From: an uncultured Verrucomicrobiae bacterium
Lineage (GTDB): Bacteria; Verrucomicrobiota; Verrucomicrobiia; Chthoniobacterales; JAFAMB01
Assembly: GCA_963762565.1 (NCBI GenBank)
Contig: CAVXLD010000001.1
Span: 448,001 to 512,000, forward strand
Reading direction: 5' to 3'
DNA: 64,000 nt
Positions 10,255 through 20,600 of the stretch are shown piece after piece. How positions within the stretch are numbered: position 1 is the stretch's first letter; each line of letters starts with the position of its first letter. The notes under the pieces were generated by a model. It was not told where the DNA came from. It ran no database searches and saw nothing but the letters and a program-made list of their open reading frames with translations. The position numbers and the translations under genes are program-made.

Positions 10255-10936
10255 ATGGGATTAAAATGCGTTGGCCTACCTGTAGTTTCTTCGGGTCGTC
10301 AATGTTGTTAACTCGTAAAAGCTGCGATGCGGTTACCTTGAATCTCCTGGCGATCGCTGCTGGGTTGTCGCCACGTTGAATCGTGTAGAATTTTCCATTC
10401 TCACCGCCGCCTGCCACGGTCCGTCCACCGGTCTGGCGGCTATCCAACAATTTCTCTAGTTCTGCGCTTCCCTTCGCATTCGTGTGCTCAGGAATGACGA
10501 GCTCTCGTCCTATGGCCACGATCGTGCCCGGAGCTAGATTGTTGGTCGTTTCCAAATCACGCGCAGTCAGTCCGAACTGAGCGGCGACCCCCGCCAACGT
10601 GTCACCGGCCTTCACCTGGTAGACCAAGGTCTGGCCAGAAGAATGAGCGCGCCCGTTCGCGAGATTCGCTACCGGCGTCGAGGTCGGGCTAGCCGGTTCC
10701 GCTTGGTTCTTGACCGCGTTCGTCGATGACTGGCGGTCCTTCAATGTGCTGAATGCGAAGATCCCTCCGACCGCCACGATGTGTAGCAGAAGCACTACCA
10801 CAAAAGCGCGAGAGAGCTTAACGTTCGGTTCTTCGACGAAATATTCGTCTTCGTCGTAACGCGCGGATTTCCTTGCTGCCGCTGCTCTCAATTTTTTCCG
10901 CGGCATTCGCTGGACGGGACGTTTAATCATCTTCAT
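10253..10936 (-). CDS. Membrane-anchored LysM-domain protein
   Basis: TM segment plus two LysM repeats (YQVKAGDTL, YTIQRGDNP). Confidence 0.92.
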   Translation of the reverse strand: MKMIKRPVQRMPRKKLRAAAARKSARYDEDEYFVEEPNVKLSRAFVVVLLLHIVAVGGIFAFSTLKDRQSSTNAVKNQAEPASPTSTPVANLANGRAHSSGQTLVYQVKAGDTLAGVAAQFGLTARDLETTNNLAPGTIVAIGRELVIPEHTNAKGSAELEKLLDSRQTGGRTVAGGGENGKFYTIQRGDNPAAIARRFKVTASQLLRVNNIDDPKKLQVGQRILIP

Positions 10937-12255
10937 TTGGCAAGATCCTGGACCTGTTGGCGAAATTGGTTCCCCCGATCCGCATAGTTTTTAAACATGT
11001 CGAAAGAGGAGGTACCTGGAGAAAAAAGAACTGTATCGCCGGGTATGGCCTGGCGGCGGGCGGCGGCGACAGCATCAGCTAAGTCCACGGCCTGAGTACA
11101 TCGGACGACCGAAGACCAGGACCGCTCAATTCGCGCCGCCATCTCTCCGATCAAAACCGCGTGTTTTGTTTTTCTTTTAACTAACTCGGCGATGGAATCG
11201 AAAGGGAACCCTTTATCCTTTCCGCCGGCGATCAGTATGACCGGGTGCGACTGCGACTCGAGGGCTTTGGCCAATGCATCGAGATTCGTGGCCTTAGAAT
11301 CATTGATAAACACGACTCCATCGACTTCCCCGACCCGCTCGCAGCGATGCGGCAGAAGCCGGTATTCGCTCAACCCAGCGGATGCTTCTTTCCACGGGAC
11401 GTTTAGTGCATAAGCGACACCTAAAGCTGCCATCAGATTCTCGGCGTTATGCACACCGCTCAAGTTGGTGGACTTCATGTCGAGCACGGGTTCACCGTGG
11501 AACAGCAGCCGCTCACCCGACACGCAGAGATCGGCCTCTCCCGGATACACGTTAAAAGTGATCGTTTTTGATTTGAGCCCAGGAAGTTGATCTCGAGCAT
11601 TCACCACCGCGAAATCGCCCGCCTCCTGTCGCTCAAAGATCCGGAGTTTAGCGTCCCGATACTCTTGCATATCACGATATCGGTCGAGATGATCCGGCGT
11701 GAAGTTTAGCCAAACCGCGACGTGCGGCCGGAATGTCGATATGGTCTCTAGCTGAAATGAACTAACTTCGACGGTAAAGAAATCCAGCTCATCTTGGTGT
11801 TCGATCGCTTGGCAAAACGGCATACCGATGTTGCCGCACGCGATGGTGCGGACGCCCGCGCGCTGAAGCATTAGCTCTACTAACTGAGTGGTTGTCGTTT
11901 TACCGTTTGTCCCGGTAATAGCGATGACGGGTTTATGGCAAAACCGAAAAGCCAGCTCCAATTCACCAGTAAACTCCGCTTTTTGCCGGGCAAAATTTTG
12001 CACGAGCTCAACCTGAGGGTCGATTCCCGGGCTCAGGACCGTAAGATCGAAATTAACAGTGCCCCGTTCGGCATCTGCTCCCAAAATCGTCTTGATTCCT
12101 AGGGCGTCCATCTTCTGAGCGCGCTCGCGAAGCTGCGGCGTATCAGCGCTATCAAAAACCGTCACGTCGGCCCCTTCCTGCTGGAGAAGCCGGGCGGCTG
12201 CTTCTCCGCTGGTGCCTAATCCTAAGACGGCAGCTTTGGTCGCGTTAAGTTTCAT
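10933..12255 (-). CDS. murD: MurD D-glutamate ligase
   Basis: GLGTSG, TGTNGKTTT, EVSSFQLE, NDSKATN; ATGA overlap with mraY. Confidence 0.96.
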   Translation of the reverse strand: MKLNATKAAVLGLGTSGEAAARLLQQEGADVTVFDSADTPQLRERAQKMDALGIKTILGADAERGTVNFDLTVLSPGIDPQVELVQNFARQKAEFTGELELAFRFCHKPVIAITGTNGKTTTTQLVELMLQRAGVRTIACGNIGMPFCQAIEHQDELDFFTVEVSSFQLETISTFRPHVAVWLNFTPDHLDRYRDMQEYRDAKLRIFERQEAGDFAVVNARDQLPGLKSKTITFNVYPGEADLCVSGERLLFHGEPVLDMKSTNLSGVHNAENLMAALGVAYALNVPWKEASAGLSEYRLLPHRCERVGEVDGVVFINDSKATNLDALAKALESQSHPVILIAGGKDKGFPFDSIAELVKRKTKHAVLIGEMAARIERSWSSVVRCTQAVDLADAVAAARRQAIPGDTVLFSPGTSSFDMFKNYADRGNQFRQQVQDLAK

Positions 12256-13364
12256 CTGAGTTTCAATGTGGCCAGACCTAGCAACGCGAACATCAAGGAC
12301 ATGATCCAGAACCGCACGATAACGGTGTTCTCTTTCCAACCTTTCAGCTCGAAGTGATGATGGAGCGGCGCCATTAGCAGCACCCGTTTACCCCTGGTCT
12401 TGAAGCTGAATACCTGGACGATAACGGACACCGCTTCGATGACGAAGATTCCACCTACTACGGCCAATAGCAGCTCCTGCTTACAGCAGATTGCGACGAC
12501 GCCGAGCGTGCTCCCAATCGATAGGGAACCGGTATCGCCCATAAAGACTCTGGCCGGATGGCAATTGAACCACAGAAAGCCCAGACCTGCCCCGGCCAGC
12601 CCTGTGCAAAGAACTGTCAGCTCGCTGCTCTGCGGGTAGTAAGGCAACTCCAGATAGGTCGCTACAACCACGTTACCGGCAGCATACGCAAGGATTGCAT
12701 AGGTTGTCGCGACTGTGACCGTGCAACCGGTGGCTAAACCATCCAGACCGTCCGTCAGATTCACGGCATTCGAGGCGCCCACTACCACAAGCGCAAAGAA
12801 AAGAATGGTCAGCCAACCGAGATTGGGGATGATCGGCTCTTTGAAAAACGGGATGTAAAGCTCTTTGGCCTGGATCTCCAGAGACGGATTGGTGAGGAAG
12901 AACGTGGTAACGACTGCGGCCAGAAAGAACTGGCAGATCAGTTTTATTCGGCCGGGAACGCCATCCGATTTCTTTTTTGTGACCTTTAGATAGTCATCGG
13001 CAAAACCAAGGCCGGCGGTGAAAACAATGGTGAAAAGACAGAGCCAAATGAAGCTGTTGTCCGGTCGCGCCCAAATCAAGGTGCTGATGACAACGGATCC
13101 CATTAAAAGGACACCGCCCATGGTGGGCGTCCCTTTCTTCGAGCCGTGCAGTTCGTAAAGCCGATGCACCTCTTCGGCGGTGCGAATAGGTTGGCCGAAT
13201 TTGAGCGAGGTGAGCTTGCGAATGACCCAGCTGCCGCTAACTAAGCAAAGCAAGAACGCGGTAATCCCAGCGCAAACAGCCCGGAATGAGACATATTGAA
13301 ACACGTTAAAGCCGGTACTGACGGGATGTGGGCCCTGGCTCAGGTGATAAAGGTAATACATCAT
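12252..13364 (-). CDS. mraY: MraY translocase
   Basis: KGTPTMGG, NLTDGLDGLA, FMGDTGS, MAPLHHHFE. Confidence 0.98.
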   Translation of the reverse strand: MMYYLYHLSQGPHPVSTGFNVFQYVSFRAVCAGITAFLLCLVSGSWVIRKLTSLKFGQPIRTAEEVHRLYELHGSKKGTPTMGGVLLMGSVVISTLIWARPDNSFIWLCLFTIVFTAGLGFADDYLKVTKKKSDGVPGRIKLICQFFLAAVVTTFFLTNPSLEIQAKELYIPFFKEPIIPNLGWLTILFFALVVVGASNAVNLTDGLDGLATGCTVTVATTYAILAYAAGNVVVATYLELPYYPQSSELTVLCTGLAGAGLGFLWFNCHPARVFMGDTGSLSIGSTLGVVAICCKQELLLAVVGGIFVIEAVSVIVQVFSFKTRGKRVLLMAPLHHHFELKGWKENTVIVRFWIMSLMFALLGLATLKLR

Positions 13365-14749
13365 TGCGCCCTCCTTTGGCCCGAGGTTCGGGCCGCTTCA
13401 AGCAGCGGAATGATTTGATCGATGGCGGCGCTCCGGCTGCCCTTCAGCAGAAGAAGGTCCCCCGGCTCTAAAATTGTGTTCAGGAGATCGGCCGCTTCAG
13501 CGTTGCTTTTGGCCGTCCGACTTTCTGTCAATCCGGCAGCAAGGGCGCTTCTAGCAATCGGATACGCTGTTTCACCAACCGCAACCAGTACGTCAAATCC
13601 GTGCTCAGCCGCCGCTCTCCCTACCCTCTCATGGCCAACCAGGCTCTCTTGGCCGAGTTCACCCATTCCCCCCAGGGCGGCAACCCGACGACCATTTGCC
13701 GGCAGGCTCGCAACAGTCCTGAGCGCGGCAATCATTGAGTCAGGATTCGCGTTGTACGCGTCGTTAACGATAGAGATCCCCCCCAGTGCCTTTACCTGCA
13801 ATCGTCCCGATGGAAGGGCCGTCTTCGCTAACCCGGCGGCGCACTCGGCTAGCGACAAGCCAAACGTCAAACCGATTGCGACTGCCTGCAAAGCATTGAC
13901 CACCATGTGCTCGCCCAGCACCGGCAAATGCACTCGATGTTCCTCTTTTTGCGTTGCGATGGTGAATTCTTCTCCCTCAGGGCTATGCCTGATACCTCGA
14001 GCCCGGATTTGCCCTTTGTCTAATCCGACTGTCACGACCTGGGCCTGGCAGCGTCCGGCAATCCAGTCGGCAAAATCGTCGCTGGCGTTCAACACGACCA
14101 CGCCTTCCTTGAGGACGCTTTCTGCCAAAACAGCCTTTTCGCGGGCGATCCCTTCCCGGCTCCCGAGAAACTCGATGTGGGCAACCCCGATGTTCGTAAC
14201 GATTGCGTGCTGGGGTGACGCGATGCCGACTAAGCTGGCGATTTCTCCGGGATGGTTTGTTCCGTATTCGATAATCGCGACCTGATGGTGGCGCTCAAAT
14301 CGCAATACGGAGAGCGGCACCCCGATGTGATTGTTCATGTTGCCGACCGTCTTAGTGACTTGAAATTTTTCACTCAAAACCGAGGCCACCATTTCCTTGG
14401 TACTCGTTTTGCCGTTGCTTCCTGTAATCCCCACGATCGGGATCTGGAATTTTCGACGATAGTTTGTCGCCAAGGTCTGCAGACCAACCAACGAATCAGG
14501 CACCTCGATTTGCGGCAGATCCGGTAATGCTTGATTCACCTTTTCCACCAAAGCGGCAACAGCCCCTTGTTCGAACGCGGTCGCCAGGAAATCATGCGCG
14601 TCAAACCGCTCGCCGCGCAAAGCGACGAAGAGTTGGCCGGGCTGGATCGAGCGGGTATCAGTCGAAACTGCGGTAACCACTCCTGAGCCGGAGCCAAACA
14701 ACTTTCCGGAAGCCAAGCCGGCGATTTCAGCGACGGTGCTAGGTTCCAT
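13361..14749 (-). CDS. murF: MurF ligase
   Basis: TGSNGKTSTK, NNHIGVP, DAYNANP, KGSR. Confidence 0.96.
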   Translation of the reverse strand: MEPSTVAEIAGLASGKLFGSGSGVVTAVSTDTRSIQPGQLFVALRGERFDAHDFLATAFEQGAVAALVEKVNQALPDLPQIEVPDSLVGLQTLATNYRRKFQIPIVGITGSNGKTSTKEMVASVLSEKFQVTKTVGNMNNHIGVPLSVLRFERHHQVAIIEYGTNHPGEIASLVGIASPQHAIVTNIGVAHIEFLGSREGIAREKAVLAESVLKEGVVVLNASDDFADWIAGRCQAQVVTVGLDKGQIRARGIRHSPEGEEFTIATQKEEHRVHLPVLGEHMVVNALQAVAIGLTFGLSLAECAAGLAKTALPSGRLQVKALGGISIVNDAYNANPDSMIAALRTVASLPANGRRVAALGGMGELGQESLVGHERVGRAAAEHGFDVLVAVGETAYPIARSALAAGLTESRTAKSNAEAADLLNTILEPGDLLLLKGSRSAAIDQIIPLLEAARTSGQRRAQ

Positions 14750-16229
14750 ATTCCCCTAATTTAACTGGGTGGTCTTCCAATGCTCTCAGGGCCACCTCGA
14801 TGTCATCGAACGGCACCGTGTGATCTCGGAACTCTTGATATTTTTCGTGACCCTTTCCGGCGATCAACACAATGTCCCTAGGCTGGGCCAAAGTGATTGC
14901 GCGGCTGATGGCTTCCCGCCGGTCGACGATGATTTCAAATTTTCGTTTTTTGAAACCCGCTACGACTTCATGAATGATCGCCTCGGGATCTTCCTTACGC
15001 GGATTGTCTGAGGTCACAATGGAGTAATCCGCAAATTGATCGGCCACCGCTCCCATCAGCGGCCGTTTGGCCCGATCCCGGTCGCCTCCACACCCAAACA
15101 CCACGATCAGGCGGCCAGGATTCAGATCACGGCAAGTCTTGATCACGTTCAATAGCGCATCGTCCGTGTGCGCATAATCGACAAAGACTTGAAACTGCCG
15201 CTTGGCCGGAACCGCTTCCAGGCGCCCGGGAATTTGCGGGGCGCGAGCCAATGCTAAAACTGAGGACCGAATATCGATGCCCAGGGCAGACGCCGTGGCC
15301 AGCGCCGCCAACGAGTTATAGATATTGAATCGGCCGATTAGAGGAACCCGGACCAAATAGCTCTTCCCCTTTACATCGAGTTGATAAGAGGTGCCCGTAG
15401 ATTCGACTCGGTAGCTGCTTGCTCGGAAGTCAGCTCGAGCACCCATTCCGTAGGTCACCAAATTCAACCGATCAGAGAAACGAGCCACCAATTGCTGGCC
15501 GTAAGGGTCATCAACATTGATTATCCCGATCCCGGATTTCGGCGTCTCATCACTGATCTTTTCGAACAGCTTTTCCTTCGCTTGGAAGTACTCTTTCATT
15601 CCTCGATGAAAATCGAGATGGTCCTGAGTGAGGTTGGTGAAGACAGCAGCTCGAAACCGCATTTCGTCGACTCGGTTTAAAGCCAGCGCGATCGAGGAAA
15701 CCTCCATCGCCAGATTAACGCAACCGGCCTCCAAGGCTTGGGAAAAAAGTTGCTGCAAGTCGACGGACTCGGGCGTTGTCCGTTGAGCCGGCAAGATTCG
15801 TTCCCCGATCTGGTAAGAGACGGTGCCGATGACACCAGTCCGTTGCCCGGCTCGTTCCAGAAGATGCTTAATTAAGAAGGTAGTCGTGGTTTTACCGTTT
15901 GTACCGGTCACGCCCACCAGTTTTAGCCGGGTAGACGGATCATCGTAAAAAGTTGCCGCCAGACGTGCCAGCGCGTCACGGGAATCTTTTATCTGGATAT
16001 GGGTCGCTCGTGTTGTCAGGTGCGGTTTCTGCGAGACCACGGCGGTTGCCCCCCTCTCAATGGCTTGCTCGATAAAAGCATGCCCATCCACCTGGTTCCC
16101 TTCGATCGCACAAAACAAGCTTCCTGGAGCAACCTGGCGCGAGTCGTAACAAATAGCGGTTACATCTCGGGCAAGCGACCCGGTAACTAAGGGCTTTTCC
16201 AGACGACGAATTAATTTCTCCAGCTCCAT
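14739..16229 (-). CDS. murE: MurE ligase (meso-DAP type)
   Basis: TGTNGKTT, DYAHT.D, GCGGDRD, DNPR, AGKGHE. Confidence 0.97.
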   Translation of the reverse strand: MELEKLIRRLEKPLVTGSLARDVTAICYDSRQVAPGSLFCAIEGNQVDGHAFIEQAIERGATAVVSQKPHLTTRATHIQIKDSRDALARLAATFYDDPSTRLKLVGVTGTNGKTTTTFLIKHLLERAGQRTGVIGTVSYQIGERILPAQRTTPESVDLQQLFSQALEAGCVNLAMEVSSIALALNRVDEMRFRAAVFTNLTQDHLDFHRGMKEYFQAKEKLFEKISDETPKSGIGIINVDDPYGQQLVARFSDRLNLVTYGMGARADFRASSYRVESTGTSYQLDVKGKSYLVRVPLIGRFNIYNSLAALATASALGIDIRSSVLALARAPQIPGRLEAVPAKRQFQVFVDYAHTDDALLNVIKTCRDLNPGRLIVVFGCGGDRDRAKRPLMGAVADQFADYSIVTSDNPRKEDPEAIIHEVVAGFKKRKFEIIVDRREAISRAITLAQPRDIVLIAGKGHEKYQEFRDHTVPFDDIEVALRALEDHPVKLGEYGT

Positions 16230-16239
16230 ATCTGATCGA

Positions 16240-18033
16240 TTAACCACGCCCGGCCAGAGTTGAAGTCAATTTTTTCGGTGTCTCAACTAAACCAGGGGGC
16301 TCCACTGGTGCGGTTGGTTGCAATTCAAGATAATCCGCAGCTCGTTTGGCGATTCTAGCAAACACCGGGGCGGCTACCTTGCCACCGTACGCTCTGGGGA
16401 TGTCAGGAGCATCAATCACCACCAACAGAGCGAATTTCGGGTCGTCTGCGGGCAGGAATCCCACGAAAGAAACCACATACTTCCCCTCCATATAGCCGCC
16501 TCGCGGATCGATTTTCTGCGCCGTCCCGGTTTTGCCGGCAACCGTGAAGCCGGGAACCGCAGCGTCCTTCGCCGTCCCGTTTTTGCTAACTACGTCCTTC
16601 AGGGCCGAAACAATCTTTTTAGCCGTGTCGGCAGAAATGACTCGGCGGACCTGCACCGGGGAATAGGTCACCACGGGTCTGCCATCGGGGTCGTCGATCT
16701 CTGAAACAATCATCGGTTTCATGAGAGTACCGCCGTTCGCGATCGCAGACATGGCGCTAACGAGTTGCAGAGGGGTGACGGCAACGGATTGCCCCATAGG
16801 CACACGCGTAATATCTAGCTCGCTCCAGCGGTACGGCGGATTTACCAAGCCGGGAATCTCCCCAGACAAGGAAATACCCGTACCCTCGCCGAACCCATAA
16901 CGCCGAATGTATTGGTAGAATCGATCTTTACCGAGCTGGATTGCGAGCTTCGCGGCTCCGATGTTACTCGAATGCGCCAACACTTGATGCAGGGTCAGCA
17001 TCCCCATGGGCTCGTCATCGTGAAGAATATGGCCGGCGTAGAAATAAGCTCCGTTCTCGCAATAGATCTTGGTTTCCGGGGTCGCGACTTTCTCTTCAAC
17101 TGCAGCTGAGGTGACAACGATTTTAAACGTTGACCCCGGTTCGTACATATCGGTAATAGGGCGATCCTTTTGTTCGTCCGGAGTAGAGACGCCTGGGTTA
17201 TTACAGTCAAAACTCGGCCGGCTGGCCATCGCCAGGATCTCTCCAGTCGTCGGGCGAATCATCACCGCAGCTTCCATCTGGGGTTTGTATTGAGCCCAAG
17301 CGGCATCTAATTCGCTCTCGACGATGTTTTGCAGCTCCAAATCAATGGTCAGCCTGACATCGCAGCCGTCTTTAGCCGGGGTCTCCAGGCCGCGATACTG
17401 GACCAATTCATGACCTTTTTGGTCTTCCTCCAGATAGCGGAATCCGTTGGTCCCTTTTAGGAAATCTTGCATCGATCTTTCGATCCCGAGCCTTGGTTCA
17501 TGACCCGCATCGAGAAAACCGATGACCTGAGCTAATAAGCTCCCGTTCGGATAAAGCCGATCAAAATTGAGGTCAAAATAAATACCGGCCAGCTGCTTTT
17601 GGCCTTTAGTAATTTTGTCAATGTTCTCGTAGACCTCTTCCGAGACACCTCTCTTCAGGACCCTCGATTCCGTTTTCTTGTCCGCTATGGTTTTAGCGAC
17701 AACGGCTTTCAGCTTTGCTTCGAGCTCAGCTGGATCCATTTCCAACTGACCAGCGATTGCCTGCGCCAAAGCAGCCGGGTTCCGAATATGCGAACCGTCG
17801 GCAGCCACGTCGTAGATGCGCCGGTTCTCGGCGAGCGGTTCGCCGCGACAACCACGGATGACCCCGCGACGCGCGTAGATGATTTGCTTGTGGACATGCT
17901 TTTCCGCGGCAAGCGCTACATACACATCGTGCTGGATGACCTGGAGATAGATGAGTCTGACTGAAAACAGACTAAACACTCCCACCAGGGCGAAGCAGAC
18001 GATGGCAGCTCTGGCTTGCTCATTCCGATTCAT
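16240..18033 (-). CDS. ftsI: Class B penicillin-binding protein (FtsI/PBP3)
   Basis: STFK, SSN, KTGT transpeptidase motifs; dcw position. Confidence 0.93.
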   Translation of the reverse strand: MNRNEQARAAIVCFALVGVFSLFSVRLIYLQVIQHDVYVALAAEKHVHKQIIYARRGVIRGCRGEPLAENRRIYDVAADGSHIRNPAALAQAIAGQLEMDPAELEAKLKAVVAKTIADKKTESRVLKRGVSEEVYENIDKITKGQKQLAGIYFDLNFDRLYPNGSLLAQVIGFLDAGHEPRLGIERSMQDFLKGTNGFRYLEEDQKGHELVQYRGLETPAKDGCDVRLTIDLELQNIVESELDAAWAQYKPQMEAAVMIRPTTGEILAMASRPSFDCNNPGVSTPDEQKDRPITDMYEPGSTFKIVVTSAAVEEKVATPETKIYCENGAYFYAGHILHDDEPMGMLTLHQVLAHSSNIGAAKLAIQLGKDRFYQYIRRYGFGEGTGISLSGEIPGLVNPPYRWSELDITRVPMGQSVAVTPLQLVSAMSAIANGGTLMKPMIVSEIDDPDGRPVVTYSPVQVRRVISADTAKKIVSALKDVVSKNGTAKDAAVPGFTVAGKTGTAQKIDPRGGYMEGKYVVSFVGFLPADDPKFALLVVIDAPDIPRAYGGKVAAPVFARIAKRAADYLELQPTAPVEPPGLVETPKKLTSTLAGRG

Positions 18034-18392
18034 TTTCTAAAGGGCCGATTGGAGACAACACGGAGGTCGTCTCCATTCGGATAGTCTTGGTTAAGGCGAA
18101 CGACTTGATCAGTCGTAATCGGGACAAGACCAAAAGAGTTTTCCGCCAATTTCTTCTTTATCGCCGGCAAAGAGGTGAGGCTGTCGATCTGTAGCTGCAT
18201 GCCCTCGTTGTCCTTGCGGATTTCGGCCAGATCATGTTCCAGTTTGATCTGTTCGTCTCCCGAGAGCTTTAGCTGGTTCTTCAGGTAGACATAGCTTATG
18301 CCGGCGGATGCGATAAACACCGCCGCAATAATGACCTTACACAGAGATGCGATCCGTATGGATGTAGCGGGCGCCCGTCGGTAGGAATTCAT
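18030..18392 (-). CDS. FtsL-like cell division protein
   Basis: TM plus coiled coil, between rsmH and ftsI. Confidence 0.65.
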   Translation of the reverse strand: MNSYRRAPATSIRIASLCKVIIAAVFIASAGISYVYLKNQLKLSGDEQIKLEHDLAEIRKDNEGMQLQIDSLTSLPAIKKKLAENSFGLVPITTDQVVRLNQDYPNGDDLRVVSNRPFRK

Positions 18393-19360
18393 AGTGTGTT
18401 ACGCTCAATGACTCGGAGCTTGGCGCTGCGAGCTCGTGGGTTCCTCAGCTTCTCCTCAGGCGACGCCTCGATTGGCCTCGTCGTGATCAGCTTAAAATTG
18501 AATGCCGGATTGGGCCGCGGTGCAGGCCATTCCGGGCGATCGATCCATTCTTGCGAAACTTTACGAAAATAATGTTTTACAATTCTGTCTTCGAGCGAAT
18601 GAAACGTGATCACCGCCAGCCGCCCTGCGGACTTCAACCATCCCGCGAGAGCTGGTAACGCCTGCTCTAAGACCCCAAGCTCATTATTAACTGCGATCCG
18701 CAGCCCCTGGAATACTCGAGTAGCCGGATGTCGAGGTCCCCTTCGCGGAACGACCTCCTCCACCGCCTTGGCCAGATCTGTTGTGGTTTGAAAAGGCCGT
18801 TCTGAGCGCTTTCGTACCAAATGCCCGGCGATTCTTCTGGCCGCTGGTTCCTCGCCCAATCGGCGGAAGATATCGATCAATTCCTCCTCTGGAGCTAGGT
18901 TCACCAAGTCCGCTGCTCGCAGGCTAATATTTGGTCCCATTCGCATGTCGAGCGGACCCTCCTCTTGAAAACTGAAGCCGCGGTAAGCAGTATCGAGCTG
19001 GTGCGACGACACGCCGAGGTCCATTAAAATCCCGTCAAACGCTGCCACACCAAGCGCTTCGAAGTGTCGAGGCGCCTCCACAAAGTTGGCCCTGATCAGG
19101 TGCAGTCGAGAACCGAACTCCGCTAAATGACCCAACACTTCGGAGATGGCTTCAGGGTCCTGATCCGAGGCTACCACGTCCGCGCCGGCTCCCAGCAAAG
19201 CGCGGGTATGGCCGCCCCCTCCCAAAGTGGCATCAAAAAAAAGCTTTCCCGGACTCGGGTTCAGCAACTCGATAGTCTCCGCTAACAAGACTGGTTCGTG
19301 GAAAGGCCTAGGCTGTCCCGCGTTCCGCACCATGACTTCTTTTTCTAGCAAACCGATCAT
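18389..19360 (-). CDS. rsmH: 16S rRNA m4C1402 methyltransferase RsmH
   Basis: HEPVLL, DATLGGGGH, DLGVSS.QLD, FHSLEDR, RARSAKLR; GGAGGAG upstream of ATG 19360. Confidence 0.96.
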   Translation of the reverse strand: MIGLLEKEVMVRNAGQPRPFHEPVLLAETIELLNPSPGKLFFDATLGGGGHTRALLGAGADVVASDQDPEAISEVLGHLAEFGSRLHLIRANFVEAPRHFEALGVAAFDGILMDLGVSSHQLDTAYRGFSFQEEGPLDMRMGPNISLRAADLVNLAPEEELIDIFRRLGEEPAARRIAGHLVRKRSERPFQTTTDLAKAVEEVVPRRGPRHPATRVFQGLRIAVNNELGVLEQALPALAGWLKSAGRLAVITFHSLEDRIVKHYFRKVSQEWIDRPEWPAPRPNPAFNFKLITTRPIEASPEEKLRNPRARSAKLRVIERNTL

Positions 19361-19411
19361 GTTCTCCTCCGGACAAACCAAATTTTTGCACCAACGGGCC
19401 GGTTCTTGCCG

Positions 19412-19864
19412 TCAGATTCCAAGCACTCCCAACATGTGATGGAACGTTGGCGCGTCCTCTTCCCTTACCTTTTGCCATGCCCCTGGACTCCAAACTTCGA
19501 ACCGCGAATGGCTGCCCACTAAGATGACTTCCACTTTGAGGCCAAGCTGACGACAGTGCTCCTCGGGCAAGATGATCCGGCCCTGCTTATCTGTCGTCAG
19601 ATGTTGAGCTCGCGAATAGAACTGTCGAATGAATCGCTGAACATCCTGGGCTGAAAACCTAGAATCGCTCTTGGCCCGTGCTGCGACTTCGTGCGCCACC
19701 GCAATGGGCATCACCATTAAACAGCCATTCTCTGGATTAGGTACGGCAAAGAACTCATCCACCTCACCGCTCCGCCAACGCGCGGGGATAGTGACGCGAT
19801 TTTTCGCGTCCAAGGCGTGCCGGAATTCCCCGGCAAAGATTGGCTGAGAGGTGTTGGGATCCAT
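19412..19864 (-). CDS. mraZ: Transcriptional regulator MraZ
   Basis: LDAKNRVTIP and DKQGRIILP repeats; first gene of dcw. Confidence 0.95.
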   Translation of the reverse strand: MDPNTSQPIFAGEFRHALDAKNRVTIPARWRSGEVDEFFAVPNPENGCLMVMPIAVAHEVAARAKSDSRFSAQDVQRFIRQFYSRAQHLTTDKQGRIILPEEHCRQLGLKVEVILVGSHSRFEVWSPGAWQKVREEDAPTFHHMLGVLGI

Positions 19865-19884
19865 TGTTCAGCATGGCTATCCAA

Positions 19885-19928
19885 CCATTTTGAACCACAA
19901 TGCCCCACTTTTACCCACCAACCCCCAT
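19885..19928 (-). promoter_or_regulatory. MraZ binding boxes (five RTGG units at 10-bp period)
   Basis: CCAY on + strand at 19885, 19895, 19905, 19915, 19925. Confidence 0.8.
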
Positions 19929-20028
19929 TCGGGTCAATGAAATTCGTGCGGATTTAGAACATTTTGTGGCTTCAAGCGCGAGGGACCACCGTGCGCGTGG
20001 AATCAGGAACGCCCGCAGCGATGCGAAC

Positions 20029-20113
20029 GGATGGGACTTATGGGACTAATAGGACTTATATGCGGCCGATCGGCCCTGTCCTATAAGTCCCATTGGTCTT
20101 ATAAGTCCCATCC
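20029..20113. repeat. Inverted repeat built from ATGGGACTT 9-mers
   Basis: GGATGGGACTTATGGGACT... / ...TATAAGTCCCATCC. Confidence 0.8.
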
Positions 20114-20251
20114 ATGACCGGCATGCTAAACACCCACCATACGCCTGACGATTTCAGGCCCAACGGCCTCCAATTTTTACAAGAACAACCGATTTTTGAC
20201 GGGTAATTTAATGAAAATCGGCTGAATTCCCCTCGTTTTGAATACTTTATA

Positions 20252-20260
20252 TGCTATACT
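20252..20260 (+). promoter_or_regulatory. Extended -10 promoter element
   Basis: TGCTATACT ending 10 nt before ATG 20271. Confidence 0.55.
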
Positions 20261-20270
20261 GGAAGTCCCT

Positions 20271-20591
20271 ATGGCTATTCAGAAGAAAAACGCCTTCTCC
20301 CGCCGACTGCCAGATCTAGTGACCGAGGAGCTAGTCTCCGTTCTGTCGCAAAAAAAATCGTTCGAGTTCAAGCAATTGTTTGAAGTCGTTCATGAAAATT
20401 TACGACAGCGTAACGCGGCCAGCGGCGGTGAAGAGATGTTGCGTTTGAGAGCTTACGAAAAACTTCAAAATTTGGTGGCGCGCGGTGTTGTGAAAAAGAA
20501 CGGTAAAAGCTACAAAGGGGACGCAGCCGCATTAGCAGCGATGGCTGCAACCACAGCCCAGGCCGCCGCAGCTATCGTCTCCAAAACGTAA
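20271..20591 (+). CDS. Small basic hypothetical protein, possibly winged-helix-like
   Basis: Clean ORF with promoter, 9 nt from nuoA; LRLRAYEKLQNLV.RG.V.K pattern. Confidence 0.7.
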   Translation: MAIQKKNAFSRRLPDLVTEELVSVLSQKKSFEFKQLFEVVHENLRQRNAASGGEEMLRLRAYEKLQNLVARGVVKKNGKSYKGDAAALAAMAATTAQAAAAIVSKT

Positions 20592-20600
20592 TATCTAGGA

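Noticed and set aside
13422..14285. 287-aa antisense ORF over murF and similar long shadow ORFs
   Set aside because: Expected antisense frames in GC-rich coding DNA
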